Shown piece after piece: positions 10,010 through 21,433 of a DNA stretch of 64,000 nt. The position numbers and the translations under genes were made by a program. This DNA is from Bdellovibrionota bacterium (GTDB taxonomy: Bacteria; Bdellovibrionota_C; UBA2361; CALJRW01): NCBI GenBank assembly GCA_041740355.1, contig JBGSMD010000064.1:1-64000 (forward strand), read 5' to 3'. The notes beneath the pieces are model-generated. The model was given only the letters and a program-made list of their open reading frames with translations, did not search any database and was not told where the DNA came from. Within the stretch, counting starts at the first letter, position 1; each line of letters opens with the position of its first letter.

Positions 10010-11358
10010 TATTGAAGCTTATCAGAAAAAAATTCTTCAAACTCCTTAGAAATTGCTTCACACTCTTTTTTGGTCTTAGCTTCGACTAAGATTCTCAATT
10101 TATTTTCTGTCCCAGAATAGCGAATGAAAGCTCGCCCGTTTGATCCTAATTGCTCAGATTTCTTTTTATAAAGATCGGTATATCCTGGAAGACTATCCAA
10201 TGCCGGCTTCTCCCGAACATTCATATTCAGTAATTTTTTAGGAAATAATTCAAAATCATTAATGATTTTGGAAAGTGGTTTGCCTGAGCGTAGCACAACC
10301 TCTAACACCTTAATTGCTGCTAGAATTCCATCGCCACAGGTACAATCATCTAACATGATAATATGACCTGATTCCTCCCCACCAAGGTTATAACCTTTCT
10401 CTCGCATGGTATCTAAAACATAGCGATCACCAACATTTGTTCGGATAACTTCAATATTATTATTAGCTAAATATGGCTCAAGAGCGGAGTTTGACATGAT
10501 TGTAGAAACTAAGGTGTTATTCTTTAATAATCCTTGTTCAGAGTAATACTTAGCAAGTAATGCTAGTAGATGATCCCCGGAAAGAATAGTTCCCTTTTCA
10601 TCAATTACAACTAAACGGTCGGAATCACCATCAAAAGCAAATCCAATATCAAGATTATATTCTTGGACTAATTTACTAACAATTTCTGGATAAAGGCTAC
10701 CAAATCCAGAGTTAATATTTTTACCTGTTGGGCTTACTCCTCTTGTCACAACTTCAGCACCTAGCTCGTCAAAAACTGCTGGGGCCACTTGATAGGCCGC
10801 ACCATTTGCACAATCTAATCCAATTTTTAATCCCTTTAAACTCAGATCGCGAGAAAGAAAGTTTTTCAAAAAAACGATATAGCGCCCCTTGGCATCATCA
10901 ATTCGTTTAATTTTTCCTAAGCTATTAGGATTCACGGATTCACTAATTTTTAAGTCAGAATAAAAAAGGCTAGAAATCTCATCTTCCACTTGATCGGGTA
11001 ATTTAAAACCATCTCCAGCAAAAATCTTAATGCCATTATCCTCATAGGGGTTGTGTGAAGCTGAGACCATAATTCCAGCATCTGCTCGCATGCTCTTAGT
11101 TAAATAAGCGACTCCGGCAGTGGGAAGAGGTCCAGTCAAATAAACATTGGCTCCAGCCGAAGTTAATCCTGCAGCTAGCGAATACTCAATCATATAACCT
11201 GACAAGCGAGTATCCTTACCAATCAAAATAGTATGTCTTTCAGAATCCTTCAGAAAATAACGAGCGATTGCTTGTCCTAACTTTACAATACTGGCAGGAT
11301 CAAGAGGCGCTAGATTCGCTTTAGTTCTAATACCGTCTGTACCAAATAATTTTTCCAT
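10009..11358 (-). CDS. glmM: Phosphoglucosamine mutase
   Basis: LFGTDGIR, SASHNP, FDGDSDR, GGEESGH, RYSGTE. Confidence 0.97.
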   Translation of the reverse strand: MEKLFGTDGIRTKANLAPLDPASIVKLGQAIARYFLKDSERHTILIGKDTRLSGYMIEYSLAAGLTSAGANVYLTGPLPTAGVAYLTKSMRADAGIMVSASHNPYEDNGIKIFAGDGFKLPDQVEDEISSLFYSDLKISESVNPNSLGKIKRIDDAKGRYIVFLKNFLSRDLSLKGLKIGLDCANGAAYQVAPAVFDELGAEVVTRGVSPTGKNINSGFGSLYPEIVSKLVQEYNLDIGFAFDGDSDRLVVIDEKGTILSGDHLLALLAKYYSEQGLLKNNTLVSTIMSNSALEPYLANNNIEVIRTNVGDRYVLDTMREKGYNLGGEESGHIIMLDDCTCGDGILAAIKVLEVVLRSGKPLSKIINDFELFPKKLLNMNVREKPALDSLPGYTDLYKKKSEQLGSNGRAFIRYSGTENKLRILVEAKTKKECEAISKEFEEFFSDKLQ

Positions 11359-11369
11359 ATTAATCTTTT

Positions 11370-12266
11370 TTATTTTTTTACTGGAATCAACTTCACCTGT
11401 TCAGGCTCTATCTTTATTAATGAGATATCCTCCGGCAAGTCAACTCTAACATTGGCCATAAAATCATTACTTAACTTTTTGTTAATTTTCACATAAGGAA
11501 TTATTTCATTTTCCTTAAGTTTATTAATAGAATAACTGGGACCTGATACTTCTAAATTTATTAAATTAGTTTCCGGCTGATAATCTATTTCGCCGTCTGC
11601 TCGGAGTTCTAAGGGTAAGCCGACAAACTGTCTTTCTACTGCCAAACTAGCTAATGAAAAAGTTACTTTAACCTTATCCGTTTCTAAACTAATTGAAGAA
11701 CCGGGAGCTCTAAGTTCTAGTAAAGATTCTCCGCTTTCTTTCATCGCCCGTAAATCAATCGGCAATGTTTCCACCGTAAGTATTTGATTTACTTCTGAGG
11801 AGGGTCCTTTGACCTTCACTTTTGTTGGCTCGCTATTGATACCTAATAGTTTTATATCATTATTGACTTGCCCAATAGTAAGTACTTCAACTTTGACTTC
11901 CTTTGTAATAATATCATCTAGAATCAAATCAAGCTTTGAAGGATTGATGTTATATGCTTCTAGGCCAACTGGTAGATTTAGATTTTGACTAGTAAGCGAG
12001 ATTTGTAGCTTATTTTCAATCTCCGAGGGCAAATTAACCTCAAAAAACAAACCAGATGCTGCGGGTGAAATTTTATGTGCTGGGCCACGAAGCGTTACTT
12101 GTACCTGACGATTTACCGGCAAAAGGATAAATTTAGATTCAGGAAGGTTTTTAAATTTAACTGGTAAGGATAAAGTCAACTCCGTTTGATTGCTTTGACT
12201 ATTTACGAAAGCGTAAAGAACTAGCGTAATTATAACTGCTAAAATTTTAAGTCCTAAATTTTTCAT
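11370..12266 (-). CDS. cdaR: YbbR-domain regulator of diadenylate cyclase
   Basis: N-terminal TM helix plus three YbbR-like repeats (V.L.GP..., P.KVKVKGP); located between cdaA and glmM. Confidence 0.85.
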   Translation of the reverse strand: MKNLGLKILAVIITLVLYAFVNSQSNQTELTLSLPVKFKNLPESKFILLPVNRQVQVTLRGPAHKISPAASGLFFEVNLPSEIENKLQISLTSQNLNLPVGLEAYNINPSKLDLILDDIITKEVKVEVLTIGQVNNDIKLLGINSEPTKVKVKGPSSEVNQILTVETLPIDLRAMKESGESLLELRAPGSSISLETDKVKVTFSLASLAVERQFVGLPLELRADGEIDYQPETNLINLEVSGPSYSINKLKENEIIPYVKINKKLSNDFMANVRVDLPEDISLIKIEPEQVKLIPVKK

Positions 12267-13060
12267 TATACTTCAGTTAACTCTTTTTCTGTTTTTTCTG
12301 GTTTATTATAGTTTAAGAGAAAATCAATTTGATCTTGAAGTCCAAGTAAATCTAAATTTCGGTAGATAGTAGCTTCGTGAACGAGAGAGATACTTCCAGT
12401 TTCTTCAGAAACCACTAAGATGATTGCATCTGATCGCTCAGAAAGTCCTAGTGCTGCTCGGTGACGAGTCCCCAAGTTTGGATCTAAATCAGGATCAAAA
12501 CTTAAAGGCAATACACACCCCGCTGCTTTAATTCTTTCATTATCTATGACTACAGCGCCATCGTGTAATGGCGAGTACTTATTAAAGATACTTAGTAATA
12601 ATTTTTTATTAAAGGCGGCATCAAGTGTTACAGCTTCTTCTAAAAACTCCTCTAATCCAACTTCCTTTTGAATTACAATCAATGCGCCAGTCTTATCTTT
12701 TGCTAAGAGATCAACAGTCTTAGCAATATCCTCAATAGTTTTTTCCGAAAAGGTCTTGGAAGTACCAAAAAATATTGAGTTAATTCCCACCTTAGTTAAT
12801 CCCCTTCTTATTTCTTCCTGAAAAATCACGATTACAACTAGGATAATTGAACTTAAAAAATTCCCTAAAAGCCATTCAAGGGTGGTCAGACCAAAAGATT
12901 TTGCTAAGAAGTATAGAATAATTATCAGAGCTAATCCCGTTAGCATCTGAACTGCTCTGGTTCCCTTAATCATCTGCAACACCCGATAGATCAGGAAGCT
13001 AACGATCAGTAAGTCGAATAGCAGAATTAAGTTTTTAACACTCAAATAACTGATCATCAT
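12266..13060 (-). CDS. cdaA: Diadenylate cyclase
   Basis: Three TM helices, IFQEEIRR, SPLHDGAV, LGTRHRAA, VSEETG. Confidence 0.95.
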   Translation of the reverse strand: MMISYLSVKNLILLFDLLIVSFLIYRVLQMIKGTRAVQMLTGLALIIILYFLAKSFGLTTLEWLLGNFLSSIILVVIVIFQEEIRRGLTKVGINSIFFGTSKTFSEKTIEDIAKTVDLLAKDKTGALIVIQKEVGLEEFLEEAVTLDAAFNKKLLLSIFNKYSPLHDGAVVIDNERIKAAGCVLPLSFDPDLDPNLGTRHRAALGLSERSDAIILVVSEETGSISLVHEATIYRNLDLLGLQDQIDFLLNYNKPEKTEKELTEV

Positions 13061-14950
13061 CTATACCGACTCAGTCACGGAACTACGAGAATCTCCATTT
13101 AAGCTAGCTCCTAGTTCTGATAAAGGAGCTTCCTTCCTTACTGGTGGAGTCAGATCAATAGCTTCTCCCAGAACAAGTTTTTTAATCTCATCAGCATTTA
13201 AGGTTTCTTTCACGATTACGGCTTGAGCCATCGCATGAAGAATAGCAACATTATTTTTAATAATATCATCAGCTCGCATTTTAGCTTCCATTAGGATCCG
13301 CTCTACTTCGTGATCGATCTCAATCTGTGTTTGTTCGGAGTGTTCTCGACTCTTACCAAGATCACGACCCATGAACATTTGATCTTCACTACTAGAGTAA
13401 TGAATTGGTCCAACTTTGTCGCTCATACCCCATTCAGTTACCATTCGTCTGGCTATCTTAGTAGCTCTTTGGATATCGTTACTGGCTCCAGTATTAAGTT
13501 CATTAAAAATGATTTCTTCAGCAACTCGCCCACCATAAAACACTGCTAATTGATCTAACCAATAAGCACGAGAATAAGTGTGTTTATCATCTTCTGGAAG
13601 TTGTTGCATTAATCCAAGTGCCATACCTCTAGGAATGATTGTTAATTTGTGAACGGGATCAGCTTGTTCCAATTTCGAAGCAACAAGTGCGTGACCGGCT
13701 TCATGATAAGCAGTTGTTTCCTTTTCTTTATCACTAAGAATCATTGATCGGCGCTCAGCACCCATCATTACTTTGTCTTTAGCAAATTCAAAGTCGTCTT
13801 TCTCGATTTTGTCTTTACCATATCGTGCTGCGTTTAATGCTGCTTCATTAACCAAAATCTCTAATTCAGCACCTGAGAATCCTGGCGTACCACGAGCAAC
13901 AGTCTTTAAATCAACATCATCAGAAATTGGTTTACTCTTAGTATGAACTTCTAAAATTCCTTTTCGTCCACCGAGATCTGGTGCAGGAACAATGACGCGG
14001 CGATCAAAACGACCAGGTCGGAGTAATGCGGGATCCAAAACATCTGGACGGTTAGTAGCTGCAATTAAAATTACACCTTCGTTCGACTCGAATCCATCCA
14101 TCTCCACAAGCAATTGATTTAGAGTTTGCTCTCTTTCATCATGACCACCACCCATTCCGGCACCACGATGCCTTCCCACAGCGTCAATCTCATCAATGAA
14201 AATAATACAAGGAGCATTTTTCTTTCCCTGGACAAATAAATCCCTTACTCGCGAAGCACCAACCCCTACAAACATCTCGACGAAATCAGAACCGGAGATA
14301 CTAAAGAAAGGAACCCCCGCTTCACCGGCGATAGCTTTAGCCAAAAGTGTCTTACCAGTTCCAGGCGCACCTGCTAATAAAACTCCTTTAGGGATTCGAC
14401 CCCCAAGTCGGGTAAACTTTTTTGGATCTTTTAAAAAATCAACAATTTCTACTAACTCCCCCCGTGCCTCATCAACACCAGCAACATCTTTAAAGGTTAC
14501 TTTATGTTGAGATTCCGTTAGTAGCTTTGCTTTCGACTTACCAAAGCTCATGCCTTTTCCAGCACCGGAGGACATTTGGCGCATAAAGAAAACCCATAAC
14601 CCAACTAGGATTAACACCGGCAAAATATTAACTAATAATAAAATCAGCCAAGATTGTCCTTCGTCTTTCTTAACATTGATTTCAACCTTTGCTTCTTTTA
14701 ATTCTTTGATCAGATCAGGATGCTCTGGCGCTATAACTAGAAAACTTTCTTCAGATTTATCATACTTTCCTTTAATCTCTTTACCTTGGATTGTAACGGC
14801 TGTAACTTTACCGGTTTCAACATCAGCTAAGAACTTGGAATAAGAAATTTCAACAGACTGTCTTTTCGCATCATTAACTACACTCCAAAGGGTCATGAAC
14901 AGAACCCCTAGGATTAACCAAAACATTAAACTTCGTGAAAATTGATTCAT
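13061..14950 (-). CDS. ftsH: ATP-dependent zinc metalloprotease
   Basis: Two TM helices, Walker [22 protein letters not shown]. Confidence 0.98.
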   Translation of the reverse strand: MNQFSRSLMFWLILGVLFMTLWSVVNDAKRQSVEISYSKFLADVETGKVTAVTIQGKEIKGKYDKSEESFLVIAPEHPDLIKELKEAKVEINVKKDEGQSWLILLLVNILPVLILVGLWVFFMRQMSSGAGKGMSFGKSKAKLLTESQHKVTFKDVAGVDEARGELVEIVDFLKDPKKFTRLGGRIPKGVLLAGAPGTGKTLLAKAIAGEAGVPFFSISGSDFVEMFVGVGASRVRDLFVQGKKNAPCIIFIDEIDAVGRHRGAGMGGGHDEREQTLNQLLVEMDGFESNEGVILIAATNRPDVLDPALLRPGRFDRRVIVPAPDLGGRKGILEVHTKSKPISDDVDLKTVARGTPGFSGAELEILVNEAALNAARYGKDKIEKDDFEFAKDKVMMGAERRSMILSDKEKETTAYHEAGHALVASKLEQADPVHKLTIIPRGMALGLMQQLPEDDKHTYSRAYWLDQLAVFYGGRVAEEIIFNELNTGASNDIQRATKIARRMVTEWGMSDKVGPIHYSSSEDQMFMGRDLGKSREHSEQTQIEIDHEVERILMEAKMRADDIIKNNVAILHAMAQAVIVKETLNADEIKKLVLGEAIDLTPPVRKEAPLSELGASLNGDSRSSVTESV

Positions 14951-15186
14951 AAAAATATATTATTAAATATTTTGTATCCGCAAAATAAAATTCTTAAGGA
15001 AACTTAATTATGTTTTACTTTTTGGTCGTGACTAAAAACTAGAGATGTCATATTACCTGCAGATGAAAGCCTATTAGGGATTTAAAGCTAGCATTTTTTT
15101 AGTAATCAGCAAAGCCTCTGGAAGCATAATCTAACAAGAATGTTTAGTTTTTTTTCAATATTAATTACTTCAAAAAAGGTGGCTAA

Positions 15187-16140
15187 TTACCAAGTATCAA
15201 TCTTTTGAAGATAATATTTCCCCTTGCTTCGGGAGAAGCGATACCCACTTGGCAACTCACAGGCCACAGTTTGATGATTAACAACCTCAGCAACCCGCCC
15301 ACAAGCTCGATATCCAATTCTAAAACCAAGCTCCATCAAAATTACTTCATCTATGACTCGCCAAGCAATAGAATATTCATCGTTTAATAACGTTCTCAAG
15401 TCAGGAAATATTGCCAATCTTTTTTCCTTTGATGTTAAATCTTTTATGACCAAATAATCTTTAACTTTTTGATCAAAATAAGATCGGTCTTGATTTGCTT
15501 TTCTTGCCTGTTCTTCAATGCTAATTCGAACACCGGAACCAAAAGTTTCCGCAAGCTGTGGAATTAGCTGATTACGCACTTGATTCCGTAGAAATAAGCA
15601 TGAAGCATTGCTAGGATCCTCGCGATAAACTAGGTTTTCCTTTTCTGCATAGTCTTGTAAGTCCAACTTAGTCAAAGTAAGCAAGGGACGAATTAATCTT
15701 CTCTTGGGATCTATCTCGGCAATTGAGGTTAAATCGCGATTTGCAAAAAACTTCATTAAAATTGTTTCCACTTGATCGTCAGCTGTATGAGCAGTTAAAA
15801 TCCAATCTGCCTTTTCCTGAAGCCTAAGTTCCTGAAAAAAACTATACCGCTCCCTACGTCCCCAAGCTTCAATGTTGGTAGTTGGTGGACTAGATAAACG
15901 TTTCAAAAAAAATGGTAATTTGCGTTGTTCGGCAAGATTTCTGACAAACTCAGCATCTAAGTCAGAATCCAAACGTAAGGCATGATCAACATGCGCCACA
16001 ATTAATTGATATCCCTTTGGCATGCTTAATTTAGATAATAAATCAAGCAACACAACGCTATCAACTCCACCAGAAACAGCAACAATTAATTTGCTTGGAG
16101 CAGGAATTGTCTTAGTAACTTGAGTTAAAAGTTTGCTCAA
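15187..16140 (-). CDS. tilS: tRNA(Ile)-lysidine synthetase (short form)
   Basis: AVSGGVDS, HVDHALR, AHTADDQVET, DPSN, RNQVR; upstream of ftsH. Confidence 0.92.
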   Translation of the reverse strand: MSKLLTQVTKTIPAPSKLIVAVSGGVDSVVLLDLLSKLSMPKGYQLIVAHVDHALRLDSDLDAEFVRNLAEQRKLPFFLKRLSSPPTTNIEAWGRRERYSFFQELRLQEKADWILTAHTADDQVETILMKFFANRDLTSIAEIDPKRRLIRPLLTLTKLDLQDYAEKENLVYREDPSNASCLFLRNQVRNQLIPQLAETFGSGVRISIEEQARKANQDRSYFDQKVKDYLVIKDLTSKEKRLAIFPDLRTLLNDEYSIAWRVIDEVILMELGFRIGYRACGRVAEVVNHQTVACELPSGYRFSRSKGKYYLQKIDTW

Positions 16141-16143
16141 GAT

Positions 16144-16557
16144 TTAGGATCCTTTATTACGAAACTTATCAATACTTAATGCCCCAGGTCCAGAACAAAG
16201 TAGGGCAAAACAGGATGTAAGCCAAATAATATCTTTGTTAAATGGTAAAATTTGATCGGGATAAATGCCAAAGGCATAAATGAAAGATGCTAATAATAAG
16301 ATTCCACCAATGGCTGCTAAATTTGTCAAAAAGCCAAAGGTCAACAGGATTCCAATAATTATCTGAAAGTATGGCAAACTTAAACCGTAAAGCTGTGCCA
16401 AATGTTCATTAACAATATTAAAATAGCTAATAGCCTCAACCAGCCCTGCGGGATCTTGAAGTAATAAACGACCCGACAAGAAAAAGTATATTCCAATTGG
16501 AATGCGAATAAAGGTCCCAGTGAGTGTGGCAGAAAAGATTGGCTTATCTAGATTCAT
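16144..16557 (-). CDS. DoxX/MauE family membrane protein
   Basis: Four hydrophobic segments, RIPIG near the N-terminus, C-terminal GPGALSID. Confidence 0.8.
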   Translation of the reverse strand: MNLDKPIFSATLTGTFIRIPIGIYFFLSGRLLLQDPAGLVEAISYFNIVNEHLAQLYGLSLPYFQIIIGILLTFGFLTNLAAIGGILLLASFIYAFGIYPDQILPFNKDIIWLTSCFALLCSGPGALSIDKFRNKGS

Positions 16558-16606
16558 TTTACAGACTACAAAATTTCAATGAACGTCATGACTATAAAGT
16601 TAATTA

Positions 16607-17563
16607 TTAGCGATAACAAGCAAATTTGTTAATTAAATCGGTAAAATCCTGCGGTAAGTCCGTGGTTAAAACCTGCAGAACCCCTGTTTTTGGGTGGATA
16701 AACTGTAATTCTTTGGCATGAAGAGCTTGTCTACCAAATAGCTTACTGCTAACAGCTAAGTCTTTTGGAAGTAGACTAAAGTCACCATAGGTTTTATCTC
16801 CGATAATTGGGGACCCGATGTGATTTAAGTGCACTCTAATTTGGTGCGTCCTGCCGGTTTCTAGTCTCATTTCCAATAAATACGCGTAAGAATATTTCTG
16901 CAAAACTTTCCAGTTGGTAATTGCAGTTCTTCCATCATCTTCCACTACAGCCATTTCCAACTTATTTTGAGGACTTCTGGCAATCATCGTTTCAATTCGG
17001 CCTTCTTCGGCTTTTTGAATTTCACGATTAGAACGAGGAGTTACCAAAGCTAAAGCTTGATATACTCGCTTAACTTGACGAGTAGAAAATTGCTGCACTA
17101 AATGAGCTCGAGATTCTTCATTCTTAGCAACTAATATTAACCCAGTAGTATCTTTATCCAAACGATGCGCCAACAGAATTTTTTGATTTGGTCCTAAGTA
17201 ACTAGCTAAAGCATTTAATAATGTCTTATCTGGATTACCTGCCCCGGGATGTACCGTTAAATCAGCCGATTTGTTAACCACAATTAAATCTTGATCCTCA
17301 TATACTACAACTAGTGGGTAGTCATAGGGTACTATGTCTTTGGCCTGACCAAGCGAGCTCAAATCAATTTCCACTGAATCACTGACCTTAAGTAATACGC
17401 CCGCCTTAAAAAGTTTTTGATTATTGACGATCACTCCATACTCTTTGATTAGATTTTTTAATTGCGACCTAGTTAAAAAACTAAACTCAGGAGAATTCTG
17501 TAATTGCTGTATTAAAAAATTATCTAATCTTTGGCGATCTGTCGGGTTAGTAAACTTGTGCAT
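16607..17563 (-). CDS. rluD: RluA-family pseudouridine synthase with S4 domain (RluD-like)
   Basis: RLDNFL S4 domain, HRLDKDTTG, TGRTHQIRVH, GDKTYG, RQALHA. Confidence 0.88.
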   Translation of the reverse strand: MHKFTNPTDRQRLDNFLIQQLQNSPEFSFLTRSQLKNLIKEYGVIVNNQKLFKAGVLLKVSDSVEIDLSSLGQAKDIVPYDYPLVVVYEDQDLIVVNKSADLTVHPGAGNPDKTLLNALASYLGPNQKILLAHRLDKDTTGLILVAKNEESRAHLVQQFSTRQVKRVYQALALVTPRSNREIQKAEEGRIETMIARSPQNKLEMAVVEDDGRTAITNWKVLQKYSYAYLLEMRLETGRTHQIRVHLNHIGSPIIGDKTYGDFSLLPKDLAVSSKLFGRQALHAKELQFIHPKTGVLQVLTTDLPQDFTDLINKFACYR

Positions 17564-17626
17564 ACTCTACAAACTAACATTTACAAGTCAGTGAGTACAG
17601 TTGGCTAATCTGACCTCTACTTTGTA

Positions 17627-18004
17627 ATATAGAGAAACCAAAAAAGAATTTCCGTTAAGGAAATTATTTTTTGAGGTTCGGGCTTTAGCGTTTAAATATT
17701 GATTTTGAAGAAATCAATATTTATCGGCTTTTCAAATCCTGGTTAAACCAGGATTTGAATGCCTAAAAACAACAAATATAGTAAACTCAACATGAATTCC
17801 GAAAAACTTTTTCGGAAATTCATTCTTGGGGTTACTATATTTCAGCTCCAAGATTAAAATTCTTGCCTTTGTACTAAGCGTTTAGACTTTGAGTGGAGGT
17901 CTAGTGATTGTGAGTTTAAAACACATTGCCTTGCAAATAGGCTTTTCAGGTACTCAATATCATTATTGTTTTTTGCTATACAAACTTGGATGAATCCAAG
18001 ATTT
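17627..18004. repeat. Cluster of palindromes, including family A-type hairpin units
   Basis: Family A-like units at ~17627-17680 and 17776-17840; palindromes aaatattgattt..aaatcaatattt (17694-17722) and ttcaaatcctggtt/aaccaggatttgaa (17731-17759); aaacttggat..atccaagattt (17982-18004). Confidence 0.7.
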
Positions 18005-18078
18005 TTTTAGCAGTAATTAACTTTGTTAAGACGGAGGTGTTCTCGTTTTTCTTTCGAGATCTGCCAAAGACTAAGCGC

Positions 18079-18327
18079 TTAGTTAGATTCAATCCGACTA
18101 ATAATTAATTCTAATGCAGGCAATAGCTCCTTGGGTACAGCCTGATCCACTGGTAACATTTCTAATATCTCTACAAGCTGGGGATTTGTAACAATTGGAA
18201 TATTATATTTCTTGGCTAATTTCACAACCAAAGAGACGTTTTCTTGATAGGCTTTCAAACTAAGGGCATAACTTTTACCTGAATCAATCGACGTAAGACC
18301 AACGGCATAATGCTTTTCTAAATCCAT
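18079..18327 (-). CDS. SctU/FlhB C-terminal (CC) subdomain encoded as a separate protein
   Basis: HYAVGL...LKA...AKKYNIPIVTNPQLVEIL...DQAVPKELL matches the FlhB/YscU post-cleavage pattern (T)HYAVAL...AKG...A....IP...N..LAR.L....IP..L. Confidence 0.8.
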   Translation of the reverse strand: MDLEKHYAVGLTSIDSGKSYALSLKAYQENVSLVVKLAKKYNIPIVTNPQLVEILEMLPVDQAVPKELLPALELIISRIESN

Positions 18328-18365
18328 AACTCAAAATAATTTAAACATTAGTTGCGATCAACGAA

Positions 18366-21300
18366 CTAATCGTCTTCGTCTTCTTCCGATCGTGAAATTA
18401 CCACTTGGTCAATTAAGGTATTATTCGAAGTATTTTCGGAAAAGTTGATCAGCAGCTCTTCAAAGTCAATTACGCTTAATGGCTTATCCAAGTAATATAA
18501 ATTATCAAAAAAACGTAATGAAGCATCCCAGGTTTGGTGATTACTAGTAGTTAAGATAAACTTAATATTATTAAATCGATCTCTAATAATATTTAAGAAA
18601 TCAATAATATCCGTTCCTTGCTGATCAAGATCCATCATCAGATACTGGGGATTGAAATTAGCCTTAGCTAAGTATGTAATCATTTGCCCACGATTATTTA
18701 ACTGAAATAATTTAAAGTTTTGCTGTTCAATTATTTTCAAAATACGCTCGTCCATTTTTTCTATTCCAGAAATCATCACAAATGACTGTTTGAATTCCTC
18801 AGCCGAGCCTTCGACAGCTTTAAAGCTAATTTTATCTTTATTATAATGAGGCAAATATATACTAAAAGTGCTCCCTTGATTTAAATGACTACTAGCCACA
18901 ATTACCCCCCCGTGTCCACGAACAATGCTGTAGGAGTTCGATAGTCCTAAGCCACTTGCTGAGTAACTAACGCCACTGCCCAAGTCTCGATTTTTTGTAG
19001 TATAAAATGGCTCAAAACAATGCTTTAACTGTTCTTGATCCATACCATGTCCGTCATCTATCACATCAACTTGAAAATACTTTCCAGGAGGTAATTCTGC
19101 TGATACTTCATGACTAAAAACGCGCCGACTCGATATTCTAATCAAGATCTCACCCCCAATAGATTTCTCCATTGATTCTGCTGAATTCTTGATCAAATTA
19201 CTTAGGACGCCTAAAAGCTTTTGTTGATCGGCAAAGACTAGCGCTTGAGAAACTTCTTTCACTAAACGAATTTGTACCTGATCCTGATAATATTCTTTTT
19301 GCTTGAGAATTTCATTTTCGAATGTATCAACTAGATCGACAACATCAGAGTTCAAATTTTCAATTTCGCGTAAATAAGACATTTGCTTAATTAAATCTGC
19401 CCCTTTACTGGCGTAACTACAAATATCCTGCAATGGCTTTTTAAATGGAGAGTCGTCAGTAAATTTTGTCTCTAAGATCGAAGCCTGTCCCATAATTGCT
19501 TGCAGCAAGTTATTAAAATTATGAGCTACACCAGCCGCTAATAAGCTAACTGTTTTCATCTTATCGGAATTAGCTATCTGCAATTCAAAGCGACGAGTAA
19601 GTAAGGCGGAAGCGACCTCATTAGAAATACTGGTTAGTAAAGACATGTTAGCCAACATTCGCTCACGGCTATTAAGGTTAGGTTCAATTGCAATCAATCC
19701 AACGACTTGGCCGATACTAACAAGTGGTAAAATTAAGATACAGGTTGGTTTTAAAATATCGATGATTCGATTGATTCCCGAACACTCCGCCCGATCATTG
19801 CGGTCTAGTAACATTGGACGCTTCTCTGATAAAGCTTGATCCATGAAATCGTGTCTTAATGCCAATTCGATTTGAATTTCATTAATATTCTGGCGCATAC
19901 CAGGCCCCTTACCGTAGATCCCTTGAATATGACTACCGCTATTATTCATTACTCCAAACCAAATCCTTTTCACCGAAAATAGTTGCTCAATTACGGAACA
20001 AGAATTTTGTCCAATTTCTAAATGTGTTAACGATTTAGTGAGAGATTTACTCAACAGAAAAAGAGTATTTACGGAATCTGCTTGCTTCTTCTCCGCCAGT
20101 AGATACTCAGCATTGTAGGTTAACTTGGCAATCTGACTAGCGACGGTATCAAGTAATTCCAGATCTTCATTACTATAGTGATATGATTTCTTAGAAGCTA
20201 AAAAAAATGCCCCCACAATCGAAGGATTATTTCCAAGATCGTTCACAATTAAGGGCATAGCAATCATCGAGCCATAAATAGGAGCTAAACACTGTAGCGC
20301 GTAGTCATCTGCTTCTTTGGCAAAATCTTGGAGGACAACTCCGTACTTATTATGACAAATAATATCAACTAAGTTTCCTTCTTTTTGAAGATACTCCCAC
20401 ATATTAGCAAAGTTTGGTTCAGGTACTCCACGAATTGCAAGAAGCTCAAATTTATCTTCAACTCCCACTCCAAACCAAATACCACCTGCCTCTGAATTTG
20501 TTGCTGAAATTAATGAATCAAGTGATAAGTTAGCTATCTGCTTTGGTTCCGTAGAGTTCTGAACGCAACTAAGAATTTGATAAAGTGTATTATACCTTTT
20601 AGTTTGTGCTTCCAGTTTTAACTCATAAGTTTTCTTATCCGTAATATCTAAACCAAATCCTTCCCAACCAACAAGTTCATGATCTTCAAAAATTGGTACC
20701 GCTGAAAACATGATATAACAAGTTTGCTTAGTAGAAAAATTTTGAAAGGAGATTTCTTTTGTGAAGCTTCGTGGTTTTTTTATTAAGCGATAAAAAGCCT
20801 TCTTCAAAGCTCCATCCTGATTTTCAGAGAGGATATCTAACCAAAGATTAGGGTTTTCCTCTAATTGATGATTTTTTAACCCTAAAATTTTCTCGGTATC
20901 GCCGAGAATCTCCTTAACATTTAAATTTAAATCACTACGCAAGAAAAAAAGATTACCCTTTTCCAAAATTCGCATCGAACGAAGTTGAGAATTATTTAAA
21001 TTGCCACCACTAACAGTGATCTCCGACTGATCCTGAATAAATAGAATCGAGCGATTAAAATTCTGACTACTAGCCTCAAGTTGCAATAAATAAAGTTTCT
21101 CTTCCTCCGTAATTACATTAATTCCTTTAGCTTGTGATTCTAAAAATTGCCTTGTCCCACGAAGTACTTCACTAATTAGTGGCCAGAGTTGTTTAGCGGA
21201 ACTTGCTCCCAGTAATTGCTCAATAAAGTTATGAATGTCAGTACCAATAACATGGCTAGTCTTAAAACCAGTAATTTGCTCCAAGCCGGAGCTAATGTAA

Positions 21301-21431
21301 GCGATTTGTCCATTGCGAAGAATTTCGACAATAACTCCCCTAGTATTTGTATCTTCAAGTTCTTCAACCATTTCATCTGAAACGCCCTCGGCAACAGTTA
21401 AAAGTTGGTTTTTTATATCGTCGTTAGTCAA
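18366..21431 (-). CDS. Cytoplasmic PAS-PAS-GAF-GAF hybrid histidine kinase
   Basis: PAS-like segments (YISSGLEQITGF; GFGLDITDKK), GAF-like segments, H-box AGVAHNFNNLL, DDGHGMD, FEPFYTTK, GLGLS, degenerate receiver; TTG start 2 nt after the sctU stop. Confidence 0.88.
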   Translation of the reverse strand: MTNDDIKNQLLTVAEGVSDEMVEELEDTNTRGVIVEILRNGQIAYISSGLEQITGFKTSHVIGTDIHNFIEQLLGASSAKQLWPLISEVLRGTRQFLESQAKGINVITEEEKLYLLQLEASSQNFNRSILFIQDQSEITVSGGNLNNSQLRSMRILEKGNLFFLRSDLNLNVKEILGDTEKILGLKNHQLEENPNLWLDILSENQDGALKKAFYRLIKKPRSFTKEISFQNFSTKQTCYIMFSAVPIFEDHELVGWEGFGLDITDKKTYELKLEAQTKRYNTLYQILSCVQNSTEPKQIANLSLDSLISATNSEAGGIWFGVGVEDKFELLAIRGVPEPNFANMWEYLQKEGNLVDIICHNKYGVVLQDFAKEADDYALQCLAPIYGSMIAMPLIVNDLGNNPSIVGAFFLASKKSYHYSNEDLELLDTVASQIAKLTYNAEYLLAEKKQADSVNTLFLLSKSLTKSLTHLEIGQNSCSVIEQLFSVKRIWFGVMNNSGSHIQGIYGKGPGMRQNINEIQIELALRHDFMDQALSEKRPMLLDRNDRAECSGINRIIDILKPTCILILPLVSIGQVVGLIAIEPNLNSRERMLANMSLLTSISNEVASALLTRRFELQIANSDKMKTVSLLAAGVAHNFNNLLQAIMGQASILETKFTDDSPFKKPLQDICSYASKGADLIKQMSYLREIENLNSDVVDLVDTFENEILKQKEYYQDQVQIRLVKEVSQALVFADQQKLLGVLSNLIKNSAESMEKSIGGEILIRISSRRVFSHEVSAELPPGKYFQVDVIDDGHGMDQEQLKHCFEPFYTTKNRDLGSGVSYSASGLGLSNSYSIVRGHGGVIVASSHLNQGSTFSIYLPHYNKDKISFKAVEGSAEEFKQSFVMISGIEKMDERILKIIEQQNFKLFQLNNRGQMITYLAKANFNPQYLMMDLDQQGTDIIDFLNIIRDRFNNIKFILTTSNHQTWDASLRFFDNLYYLDKPLSVIDFEELLINFSENTSNNTLIDQVVISRSEEDEDD

Positions 21432-21433
21432 TT

